Below, one piece after another: positions 1 to 8,135 of a stretch of 38,705 nucleotides of DNA. The position numbers were made by a program, and so were the translations under genes. Positions within the stretch are counted from its first letter, which is position 1; every line of letters starts with the position of its first letter. The DNA lies in assembly GCA_031289285.1 (NCBI GenBank), contig JAITPT010000143.1, positions 1 to 38,705 of the forward strand, written 5' to 3'. The stretch is from Puniceicoccales bacterium (GTDB lineage: Bacteria > Verrucomicrobiota > Verrucomicrobiia > Opitutales > UBA953). Below the pieces are notes generated by a model that saw nothing but the letters and a program-made list of their open reading frames with translations, made no database searches and had not been told where the DNA came from.

Positions 1-1
1 C

Positions 2-598
2 GCCCGCGCAAAGGGTCTCCAGCAAATGGAGCGTGAGATGGGGCTTGTCGCGCAATTTGGCGGCAAGACGATTGCCGCGCCGCCCGCTGGCGCTTACGAC
101 CCGCCGCGCCTCGACCTCGACCGCGTTGCGGAGCGTTACCGCGCCGCGCTCGAACTCGGCGCAAAAACGGGCGTCACGCCGCAATTGGAGTTTTGGGGTG
201 GTTCGTCAAACTTGAGTCGGCTCGACCAGTGTGTCTATGTCGCCGCTCGCGCCGCCCATCCCGACGCCTGTGTGCTCGCCGATGTTTTCCATTTGTATCG
301 AGGCGGAAGTGACGTGGCGTCTTTGCATTTGCTTGGAAAAAACGCGCTCCGTTGTTTCCATGTCAATGACTATCCAGCTTCACCGGAGCGCGCCCGCATT
401 CAAGACAGCGACCGTGTTTGGCCGGGCGACGGTGTCGCGCCGTGGCGAGAAATTTTTGCTGCGTTTGCCGCCAACGATGCCGCGCCTTGGCTTTCGCTTG
501 AGGTATTCAACACAAAATACTGGAAAACCGACGCCCTCGAAACTGCCCGCGCCGGTCTCGCCAAGCTCCGCGCCGTCGTGGAAAAATCGAGGGCGTAG
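2..598 (+). CDS. Sugar phosphate isomerase/epimerase, xylose isomerase-like TIM barrel (5' end outside window)
   Basis: Frame is open from the window edge. The C-terminal half shows the family pattern HVNDYP...DRVWPGDGVAPWREIF...PWLSLEVFN. Confidence 0.75.
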   Translation, partial: ARAKGLQQMEREMGLVAQFGGKTIAAPPAGAYDPPRLDLDRVAERYRAALELGAKTGVTPQLEFWGGSSNLSRLDQCVYVAARAAHPDACVLADVFHLYRGGSDVASLHLLGKNALRCFHVNDYPASPERARIQDSDRVWPGDGVAPWREIFAAFAANDAAPWLSLEVFNTKYWKTDALETARAGLAKLRAVVEKSRA

Positions 599-749
599 CG
601 GTGCGTTGTTGCAGCGTTGAATTTGACCGCAGATAACACAGAGGGCGCAGATGAATTTCAATTAGACATAATAATTGTTGTGCGAAAGGTCGGGCGGGAG
701 CGACGGGGCACCGGCATATCTGCGGGCTGCGGTCTTTTTTTTGAAAACT

Positions 750-958
750 GCAAAGCAGCATCTGCCTTTTTTTTGGAGTGCGGTGGCAGAGGGTGCGAAG
801 TGATAACGAAGCACCCGCCGACACCGCTTTCGCAGACACCGCGACCACAACGGTTGCCAGTGTCTTTCTGCCGGTTTGAAAGCGGTGTCGGCGGGCACTG
901 CGCTACGCTCCATGCCCTCTGCCACCGCACTCCATAAAACCGCAAAGTGGCATCTGCC
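750..958. repeat. Inverted pair of a short interspersed repeat (C-arm family), arms about 773-831 and 878-937
   Basis: ggagtgcggtggcagaggg...cccgccgacaccgctttc on the left has its reverse complement gaaagcggtgtcggcggg...ccctctgccaccgcactcc on the right. A third copy lies at 37591-37653. Confidence 0.8.
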
Positions 959-1040
959 TTTCGATGTTCCGTCAAAAATTTTGAAATAAGATGCGTATTA
1001 TTTTTTCTTTGTATTCCGACGCAGAAGGTGTCACTCTTGC

Positions 1041-1679
1041 TTGATTGTGACTTACGTAAAATCCGCCGCAGACATTGAGAAGAAACGCATTCGCGACGTC
1101 GTTCGCTTGCGCCGCGAACTTGTTCTGGCCGCCAATCCGGCAGCCGCCGACCCGCTTGCAGAGTCCGTCAGAATTTCGGAAATCTTGCGCACATTGCCGT
1201 TCTGGGACACGGTGCGCTCTCCGTGCATTTACCTCGCACTGCCCAGCGAGGCACCGACCACGACCATCTTGACGGATTGCTTTTCGCGCCAACTGACCGT
1301 GCTCGCACCACGTGTTTCAGGCGACATACTCACCCTGCACCGCATCACCGCCGACACGCCGCTCACTCATGGCGCATTCGGCATTTTGGAGCCGCCCGCC
1401 GCCGCGCCCGTCGCATTCCCCGTCGCCGACGGCGGCGTTTGCGAGTGCGATTGTTTCCTTGTGCCGGGCGTCGCCTTCGACCTTCTCGGCGGACGTGTCG
1501 GGCACGGCAAAGGTTTTTACGACCGCCTTCTGGCGCAAATCCCGCTCTCGACGCCGCGTGTCGGGCTGGCTTGGGAGTGGCAAATTTTTAAGGAGGTTCC
1601 GGTCGTGAAACACGACGTCCGTATGGACTGGATTGTCACGCCGGAACGCGCCGTTCACTGTTCGCCGGGGGCGATGTAA
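1041..1679 (+). CDS. 5-formyltetrahydrofolate cyclo-ligase (MTHFS family)
   Basis: 212-aa ORF with the family signature LLGGRVGHGKGFYDRLL and C-terminal HDVRMDWIVTPE. The start is uncertain (TTG 1041 or GTG 1047). Confidence 0.85.
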   Translation: MIVTYVKSAADIEKKRIRDVVRLRRELVLAANPAAADPLAESVRISEILRTLPFWDTVRSPCIYLALPSEAPTTTILTDCFSRQLTVLAPRVSGDILTLHRITADTPLTHGAFGILEPPAAAPVAFPVADGGVCECDCFLVPGVAFDLLGGRVGHGKGFYDRLLAQIPLSTPRVGLAWEWQIFKEVPVVKHDVRMDWIVTPERAVHCSPGAM

Positions 1680-1960
1680 AGACCTTCTTTGCGCCGTTCT
1701 TCGAGCGTCAGCGGCTTAGGCGAAACAAATTTTTCGTATTCGTTGTTCGTATTGGGGACTTTTTTCCAATACACGTATTCCTTGGTTTCGGACACCGGCA
1801 TTTGGTCGCCGACGGCGCGGACGGGTCCCGTGACAGGATACGCGGCGACACGGCCAGTGTTGCTGGCACTGGTGTCCATTTCGTGGGTTGAGCAGGCGGA
1901 CAAAACCGAAGCCGCCGCAAGAAGCGGGATGAGTTGTGGGATGAGTTGGATTGTTTTCAT
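1655..1960 (-). CDS. Small hypothetical lipoprotein
   Basis: Internal ATG at 1960 gives MKTIQLIPQLIPLLAAASVLSAC, a signal peptide plus lipobox (LSAC). There is no recognisable domain. Its 3' end overlaps the convergent MTHFS gene by 25 nt. Confidence 0.5.
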   Translation of the reverse strand: MKTIQLIPQLIPLLAAASVLSACSTHEMDTSASNTGRVAAYPVTGPVRAVGDQMPVSETKEYVYWKKVPNTNNEYEKFVSPKPLTLEERRKEGLYIAPGEQ

Positions 1961-2212
1961 AGCGTCGCAGATAACACCCGCGCCCCGCCTTTTTGACAAC
2001 CAAAACTTTTTTTACGCAGTTTTTGAGCGGGGACAAACGCGGGGACAAACGCGGAGACAAACGACCACCGGAGCAGACTTGGTGGTAGCCTTGCGACACA
2101 TCTGTCGCCCGTGTTGTGCGCGGCGCAGTCGTGCTCCCTACGGCCTCCACATGTCAAGTGGTTTATTTAGCCTGGTAAATTATTTTTCAGGGGCGAGAGG
2201 TGACCGCGAACA

Positions 2213-2846
2213 CGGGGTTGAAACCCAATACCGTTCAGGTAGCGTGAAAATACGAGAATAGCCTTTGAAACGGAGAGTGCCTCGTAGCGCTGAAAGCGCG
2301 GCTTCATAATAGCCTATGGCGTAGCCATAGGTATCGGTCTCGTCCTGTCTCTGTGGGCTGTAAGCCCACCTCAACGCAATGGAGGTGCGGCGGGAGGCCG
2401 CGAGGGTGGCGTTCTGAGCGAAGGTTGAGGCGGGCTTACAGCCCGCTGTGAACCGCCGTCGCGTATCCTATGGCTACGCCATAGGCTATTATGAAGCCGC
2501 GCCTTCAGCGCTCCAAGCCACATGCGGTTTCAGAAATGCCCTTCGTATTTTGGGGCACTACTATAATAGCCTATGGCGTAGCCATAGGTATCGGTCTCGG
2601 CCTGTCTCTGTGGGCTGTAAGCCCACCTCAACGCAATGGAGGTAGGCGGCGGGAGGCCGCGAGGGTGGCGTTCTGAGCGAAGGTTGAGGTGGGCTTACAG
2701 CCCACTGTGGAGAAACCGCCCGTTATCCTATGGCGTTGCCATAGGCTATTATGAAGCCGCGCCTTCAGCGCTACGATGCACTCTCCGTTTCAAAGGCTAT
2801 CTCGTATTTTCACGCTACTGGAACGGTATTGGATTGAAACCCCGTG
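2213..2846. repeat. Composite nested-palindrome element (PAL family): arm, core, spacer arm, core, arm
   Basis: The outer ~105-bp arms (2213-2320 and 2740-2846) are reverse complements. Two ~188-bp cores (2306-2492, 2563-2752) each contain REP-sized hairpins CCTATGGC-gta-GCCATAGG and GTGGGCT-gta-AGCCCAC plus their complements. Related copies lie at 6660-6977 and 27169-27473. Confidence 0.9.
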
Positions 2847-2885
2847 CTACCGACATGCCGTCCCTGCGGGACGGAAATGCGGCGG

Positions 2886-3746
2886 TCAGCGGTTCAGCAA
2901 TGGCCGGAGTTGTTCGGCGCACCAAGCACCGTTTTGGAGCGTGACACCGTCGGGGTCGCCGACGGCGGCGTGACACTCGTCTTCGCAGACAATCCAGCCC
3001 GTGTAGTTGCGGCGGACAAGCCACTCGGTGATTTGGTGAAAATCCAGTTTGCCAGTGCCCATTTGCGCCCACGGTTCGGGACCATTGCCAGAGAAATCTT
3101 TGTAGTGAATGTGGTTCACTAAATAATCCCAGTGGTTCAGCGTCTCGATGACGTTCATGCCGCCACGGACGATGTGCCCGACGTCGGGCGTCCAACCCGT
3201 GACTTCGGGGTCGAGGCTGTTCAGCACGACATCGTAGTCTTCGCGGGTGCGGATGGCGGAATGCGGCGGCGAGTTTGGATGAAAACTACAAACAATGCCG
3301 GCGTCGGCAGCACGTTTTGAGACGGCGTTGACGTTGCGGACGAGGTTGAGTCGGCGTTCGTGGATGTGGTCACGTCCGCTCGGCATTTGGACGGTGCCGA
3401 GACGTGCGCCCGGGAAACGTTTGAGAATGGCAAGCGCGACATCGGCGGCGGCGCGGTCTTGCTCATTTTCGCGTTCTTCTCGCCAACCGCAGGTGAGCGA
3501 AATCGCAGCGAGTTTTATGTTGTTTGCGGCAAGCGTATCGGCCAGCCGCGACGGGTCTTTGAAGTCGCCAAGCCAGTAGTCGTCTGACAAGTGCGAAATG
3601 ACCATAGGCTCGATACCGTCAAAACCGGCTTTTGCGGTAATGGCGGCGAGGTGGTCGAGTTTGTTGGCGTAGGCTTTGCCCCCAGCCTGCATGAACCAAG
3701 TATAAACCTCGGCTCCGAACTGTATTTTGGATGTTGGTGTTGACAT
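2886..3746 (-). CDS. Sugar phosphate isomerase/epimerase (xylose isomerase-like TIM barrel, IolE-like)
   Basis: Start taken at ATG 3746 (MSTPTSKIQFGAEVYTW...). The upstream part of the track ORF is translation of the low-complexity AT-rich island. The family pattern is visible, e.g. GFDGIEP, FHPNS, HIHYKD. Confidence 0.8.
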   Translation of the reverse strand: MSTPTSKIQFGAEVYTWFMQAGGKAYANKLDHLAAITAKAGFDGIEPMVISHLSDDYWLGDFKDPSRLADTLAANNIKLAAISLTCGWREERENEQDRAAADVALAILKRFPGARLGTVQMPSGRDHIHERRLNLVRNVNAVSKRAADAGIVCSFHPNSPPHSAIRTREDYDVVLNSLDPEVTGWTPDVGHIVRGGMNVIETLNHWDYLVNHIHYKDFSGNGPEPWAQMGTGKLDFHQITEWLVRRNYTGWIVCEDECHAAVGDPDGVTLQNGAWCAEQLRPLLNR

Positions 3747-4251
3747 AAGAAAAAAGAAAAAAAGATGAAAAGAAAAAGTGAAAGGAAAGAAAAAAAGGAA
3801 GATGGAAGTGAAAATAGAAAACGAGGAGAAACCACGGATGACACGAATTATCACGAATGTTAAAGAACAGAAAGATGTTGCGATGAAAGCTGGAGGTTTA
3901 GTTTTTTTGAGTTTTTTTGAGTTTTTTAGTTTTTTTCAACGTAAAACTTTATTATTTAATTTGAAATTTGAGATTTGAAATTTGAGATTTATTTTTTGAG
4001 ATTTATTTTTGAAATTTAAAATTTGAATTTTGATTTTTTTGAGTTTTTTTCTTTTCTATTTTCTTTTTTTCTCTTGTTTTATTTGTTTGAGTTTTGTTGA
4101 GGTTCTTTTGAGTTCTTGTTTTTACTTCTACTTTTTTTATTTCTATTTTAGTTTTTTACTTTGAACTCCTTAACATTTATTATTTGTGGACATTCGTGTC
4201 ATTCGTGGTTTCTCTTCGTTTTTTTATTTCTGTTCCCTTCCCCTTCCCTTT
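3747..4251. repeat. AT-rich low-complexity island bounded by ~80-bp imperfect inverted repeats
   Basis: The purine-rich left arm (3781-3860, ...gagaaaccacggatgacacgaat...) is the reverse complement of the pyrimidine-rich right arm (4176-4258, ...attcgtgtcattcgtggtttctc...). The interior is full of short tandem repeats (gagttttttt, atttgaaatttgagattt). Confidence 0.85.
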
Positions 4252-5313
4252 TTATTCTGCCCAGCCGTGGTTTTCGCGGACTTGTATCATGGCGGCTAAG
4301 ATGTCGTTCCATGTTTGTTGTTTTAGCAAGGTCTCATTGGAAAACATACAGCCGTCCCAGCAAATATGGCGGATTTTTTTGGTGACGACGCCTTTGCCGT
4401 CGCGCAGCCAATAAGCGGCGTCGCGGCCAATGTTGAGTTTGCCATTGACGTCTGTCGGGAGGCAGTGGCGGCCTGTTTTGTCGTGCGAACCGGAGCCTTT
4501 GACAGTGGCGTCGTTTTGGGCGACATGGAAGTCAATTGTCCAAGGGCGAAGAGCCTTGGTGAGTTTTTTCATTGCGCTGTGGAAACGGGCGGGTTCCCAG
4601 TGAAAATCTTTCGAGACGATGCGGTGAGACTTCGGGGCGTTATATCCGAGGAGATAGAGGAGCGTGTGTGCCATGTCGGCTTCAAAACCGAGATGCGCGG
4701 GGTCGCCGACGCCTTCGAGGATTTGGAGCATATACTTCCACGATTGCATCCCGCCCCAACAGATTTCGCCCTCGGCGGCGAGACGTTCGCCAAAACCGGC
4801 GGCGATGCGGGCAGCCTCGCCAAAGGTGGCGACGATTTTTGCGGTGTTGCCGTTGCGGTCTTCCTTCCACTCGGTGACGCCGCCCGCTGAGTCAATGCGC
4901 ACGATGCCGTCGGGGCGAATGCCGAGGTCGGTGAGTTTGCGGGCGATTGCGCAACCCTTGCGGACTTGGGTGAGGAAACGCCCGCGCTCTTCGTCGCTGC
5001 CCATCGCGGAGCCGCCACCAGTGGGTGCCCAGATAGGTGCGCCGACGGAGCCGATGACAAGCCCGCGAGCGGCGACCTTATCGGCGAGGCGTTTGATGTC
5101 GTCGTCCGTGGAGTCTATGTCGAAATGCGGCGCGGAGAGATTGAGGTTGATGCCATCGAAGCCGACGCCGTTGACCTTCGCCTTGGCGGTGAGGTCGAGT
5201 ATCGTATCGAAGTCAATGGCGGGTTCTGCGCCGGGGTCGCCTTTGCCGACGATGCCCGGCCAAGCGGCGTTGTGAAGTTTGGGATAGTTGTTTGGTTGAG
5301 CAGTCGTTGACAT
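4252..5313 (-). CDS. Xylose isomerase-like TIM-barrel protein (sugar phosphate isomerase/epimerase family)
   Basis: Start taken at ATG 5313 (MSTTAQPNNYPKLHNAAWPG...). The 354-aa product has TIM-barrel-type segments GFDGINLN, GERLAAEGEICWGG, FEADMAHT and FHVAQND. Confidence 0.75.
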   Translation of the reverse strand: MSTTAQPNNYPKLHNAAWPGIVGKGDPGAEPAIDFDTILDLTAKAKVNGVGFDGINLNLSAPHFDIDSTDDDIKRLADKVAARGLVIGSVGAPIWAPTGGGSAMGSDEERGRFLTQVRKGCAIARKLTDLGIRPDGIVRIDSAGGVTEWKEDRNGNTAKIVATFGEAARIAAGFGERLAAEGEICWGGMQSWKYMLQILEGVGDPAHLGFEADMAHTLLYLLGYNAPKSHRIVSKDFHWEPARFHSAMKKLTKALRPWTIDFHVAQNDATVKGSGSHDKTGRHCLPTDVNGKLNIGRDAAYWLRDGKGVVTKKIRHICWDGCMFSNETLLKQQTWNDILAAMIQVRENHGWAE

Positions 5314-5467
5314 ACGGCGGCGAGCAAACCAAAGCCGCCGCACACCGGCAAGATGAAAAACACCCGCCGCTCGCGCCCGCCCCTGCCCTGCGCCGCCAGA
5401 CGCGGCTTGTCCGCCGCCGTGCGGCTCGCCATTGTCGCGCCCCTTTTTCCAGACAACTTTAATAACC

Positions 5468-6322
5468 ATGCCTGCACTCACCGCACTTTTACACGGCCCC
5501 GATTCGCCCGGGATTGTCGCCCGCACCGCCAGTTGGATTTTTCAAAACGGAGGCAACATCCTCCACGCCGACCAGCACCGCGACGCTGGCGCAGACGTAT
5601 TCATCCAGCGTATCGAGTGGCAACCCGCTGCGGGTCACGACGCCGACGCCGAGGGTGCGCAATTCGGCGAATACGCGGCCTCGCTCGGTCTGCACGCAAA
5701 AATCGCACGTGGCGACGAGCGTCCGCGAGTTGCCGTGCTTGTCTCGAAGCAAGGCCACGCATTTCACGATTTGATGCTGCGCTGGACGGCGGGCGAGCTG
5801 CCTTGCGACATCGCCTTTGTAGCGTCGAACCACACGGTCTGGGAGGCGGCGGCGCGTGAACATTATCGGGTGCCGTTTTTCCACATCCCCGTCGCGCCGG
5901 AGCGCAAACACGAGGCGGAGGCGCGGCTGGCGGCGCTGGCGCGTGAGCACGACGTCAACCTGCTCGTGATGGCGCGCTACATGCAGGTTTTGAGCGGGGA
6001 CTTTTTGCTGCGGCTTTGTCCTGCGCCTGTCATCAACATCCACCACTCATTTTTGCCGGCGTTTGCGGGCGCGAAGCCCTACCACCAAGCACACGAGCGC
6101 GGCGTGAAACTCATAGGCGCGACGGCGCACTACGCGACGCCCGTGCTCGACGATGGCCCGATTATCCACCAAGCCGTCTCGCCGATTACGCACCGACACA
6201 GCGTCGAAGACCTTGTGCGTCTTGGGCAAGATTTGGAGAAACAGGTGCTCGCGCAAGCCGTCCGCTGGCACCTGCAAAACCGCGTGCTCGCCTACGGCAA
6301 GAAGACTGTGGTGTTTGAGTGA
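5468..6322 (+). CDS. purU: Formyltetrahydrofolate deformylase
   Basis: N-terminal ACT-like segment (LLHGPDSPGIVARTASWIFQNGGNILHADQH) followed by a formyltransferase domain (NLLVMARYMQVLS, INIHHSFLPAFAGAKPYHQA, IGATAHY). Confidence 0.93.
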   Translation: MPALTALLHGPDSPGIVARTASWIFQNGGNILHADQHRDAGADVFIQRIEWQPAAGHDADAEGAQFGEYAASLGLHAKIARGDERPRVAVLVSKQGHAFHDLMLRWTAGELPCDIAFVASNHTVWEAAAREHYRVPFFHIPVAPERKHEAEARLAALAREHDVNLLVMARYMQVLSGDFLLRLCPAPVINIHHSFLPAFAGAKPYHQAHERGVKLIGATAHYATPVLDDGPIIHQAVSPITHRHSVEDLVRLGQDLEKQVLAQAVRWHLQNRVLAYGKKTVVFE

Positions 6323-6336
6323 GGGCCCTGCCCTCA

Positions 6337-6501
6337 GCCTAATAACGGCAGTTGAGTCGGGTCGTCTTGCGGAAGCTGGGATGTTATCTGCACTTGTTGG
6401 CTTTGTTCGACGCACCATCAGGTGCGCCTTCACAAATCCACCAAGCGCAGCTGCCACAACATCTTCTCGCAATACTTCCCCTCCAACCGCCGTTTTTAGG
6501 T
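6337..6501 (+). mobile_element. 165-bp MITE, copy A (TIR ACCTAAAAACGGCAGTTG-like)
   Basis: Starts gcctaataacggcagttga and ends caaccgccgtttttaggt. It is the same length as copies at 26264-26428 and 37425-37589 and begins 14 nt after the purU stop. Flanking trinucleotides are TCA / TAA. Confidence 0.85.
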
Positions 6502-6518
6502 TAAAACCCAATACCGTT

Positions 6519-6659
6519 CAGTTCCAACCCCGCGAGGGCGCGGACAAATCGGGGAAGGAACTTGGGGTGTCAGACGTTTGTGTTAGTCACTAAAAATGCC
6601 CAAAATCTCGGTTTCGTAATTCCTTGAAAAACAACATATTACAATCTGTTCCTTGCAAG
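6519..6659 (+). repeat. 140-bp interspersed unit with hairpin head (HH-140 family)
   Basis: The head is GTTCCAACCCCG-17 nt-CGGGGAAGGAAC (10 bp plus an AA/AA mismatch). The conserved body ends ctgttccttgcaag. Other copies: 26679-26819, 26818-26957, and a head only at 27938-27984. Confidence 0.85.
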
Positions 6660-6977
6660 GTAGTGCCAAGAATACGAAGAGCATTTCTGAAACCGCATGT
6701 GGCTTGGAGCGCTGAAGGCGCGGCTTCATAATAGCCTATGGCAACGCCATAGGATACCGGACGGCGGCTCTCAGCGGGCTGTAAGCCCGCCTCAACCTTC
6801 GCTCCGAACGCCACCCTCGCGCCTCTCGCCGCCTACCTCCATTGCGTTAAGGTGGGCTTACAGCCCACAGAGACAGGGCGAGACCGATACCTATGGCGTT
6901 GCCATAGGCTATTATGAAGCCGCGCTTACAGCGCTACGAGGCACCCTCCGTTTCAAAGGCTATTCTCGTATTTTCAC
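6660..6977. repeat. PAL-family nested-palindrome element (single core 6728-6915, inverted relative to 2306-2492)
   Basis: Same arms and core as 2213-2846. The right arm ends ...ctcgtattttcacgctacctgaacggtatt and runs directly into the minisatellite. Confidence 0.88.
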
Positions 6978-7266
6978 GCTACCTGAACGGTATTGCTACC
7001 TGAACGGTGTTGCTACCTGAACGGTATTGCTACCTGAACGGCATTGCTACCTGAACGGCACTGCTACCTGAACGGCATTGCTACCTGAACGGCACTGCTA
7101 CCTGAACGGCACTGCTACCTGAACGGTATTGCTACCTGAACGGCATTGCTACCCGAACGGCATTGCTACCCGAACGGCATTGCTACCCGAACGGCATTGC
7201 TACCTGAACGGCACTGCTACCTGAACGGTGTTGCTACCTGAACGGTATTGCTACCTGAACGGTGTT
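6978..7266 (+). repeat. Minisatellite, 17-bp unit x 17 copies (GCTACCTGAACGGYRYT)
   Basis: Exactly 289 nt, counted unit by unit. Variation is limited to four positions and consists only of transitions. The unit equals the last 17 nt of the PAL arm. Confidence 0.97.
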
Positions 7267-7343
7267 GCCAGTGCTCACGGTAGCTGCCCGTCGGCTTTAA
7301 CGTTGAGCGGCGGTTTCCGTTTTGCATCTTCGCGGGCCTGCCA

Positions 7344-8135
7344 ATGCCGATGTCAATGCCAATGCCAACGTATCTCAAACACTCCATTTTTAGTCGCGAA
7401 CGCGACGGGCGGCACGGCGGACGCCCCGACCTCGCACTCACTCCTGCACTCGCTCCTGCACTCACGCGCACCCCTGCGCGCACCCCTGCACTCACGCTCG
7501 CGCTCGCCGTTTTGTGGTTGGTGCTTCCGCTTCTCGCCGGATGTGCAAACCCGCCGCTGGAACCGATTGTGACACTCTCGCCAAACATCACCGTGCGGCT
7601 ACCGCGTCCGCCCGCGCCAGACACGCCGCCCGTCCACCGCGAACAGCTGCTCACCGCCACCGCGCACGGCAAGACGCACACGCTCTACGTCGTGCTCGAC
7701 ATCTCCGGCGGCAAAGTGCGGCTCGCTGGCCTCTCGCCGCTCGGCATACGCCTTTTCACGGGCACCTACGACGGCGAGACAATCGCCGTCGAGCAAATCC
7801 CCGTTGCCGCCGAGCTTCCGCCCGCCGCGCAAGTGCTCGGCGACATCATGCTTGCCAGCTGTTCGCTTGCGGAATGGGCGGCGGTGTTGCCTGCTGGCTG
7901 GGTTCTCGCCGACGCCCCCGACGGCCTGCGGCGTGTCTTGAAAAACCCCGAAGGCACCGTCATCACCGAGATTTTTTACACCCAAACGCAAGGCTTGCGC
8001 GAACCCTCCGGCCTTCGCAATCACCGCTTCGCCTACGAAATAAAAATCACAAACCTCGCCGATACCGACGCCGACGATGCCGCCAATCCCGCCGATACCG
8101 CCAACTCCGCCCCCGCCGATGCCGCCGCCCGCTAA
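7344..8135 (+). CDS. DUF3261-like lipoprotein (ApeN-like position)
   Basis: Lipobox LLAGC follows a hydrophobic stretch. The body (LYVVLDISGGKVRLAGLSPLGIRLF...VLGDIMLASC...LPAGWVLAD) matches my recollection of DUF3261 proteins, which sit next to the KS/DH/KR genes in aryl-polyene clusters. The C-terminal tail is D/A/P-rich and low-complexity. Confidence 0.6.
   Translation: MPMSMPMPTYLKHSIFSRERDGRHGGRPDLALTPALAPALTRTPARTPALTLALAVLWLVLPLLAGCANPPLEPIVTLSPNITVRLPRPPAPDTPPVHREQLLTATAHGKTHTLYVVLDISGGKVRLAGLSPLGIRLFTGTYDGETIAVEQIPVAAELPPAAQVLGDIMLASCSLAEWAAVLPAGWVLADAPDGLRRVLKNPEGTVITEIFYTQTQGLREPSGLRNHRFAYEIKITNLADTDADDAANPADTANSAPADAAAR

Noticed and set aside
2180-2944. Family of small ORFs sharing peptides such as AIGYYEAA(P/L)SAL and RWAYSPQRQ (also at 6590-7020 and 27279-27621)
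   Set aside because: The same peptides appear because palindromic repeats are being translated in both orientations. The ORFs start and stop at arbitrary points in the repeat and have no start-site context.
3778-4414. Small ORFs in the AT-rich island (MKGKKKRKMEVKIENEEK..., MNSLTFIICGHS...)
   Set aside because: They are low-complexity translations of homopurine, homopyrimidine and microsatellite DNA. They have no start context and no conservation signal.
6337-6501. The 165-bp MITE as a REP/REPIN mobilised by the neighbouring Y1 (RAYT) transposase
   Set aside because: Terminal inverted repeats plus 3-bp target duplications indicate DDE-type cut-and-paste chemistry. Y1/HUH enzymes act on hairpins without TIRs or target duplications. 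The PAL hairpins are the better RAYT candidates.
6654-6669. Second sigma54-like motif on the minus strand (TGGCACtaccTTGCA) inside the PAL spacer arm
   Set aside because: The GG and GC elements are one nucleotide too close (N4 rather than N5). The motif is part of a repeat, with a degenerate version at about 2545-2560, and no gene lies downstream.
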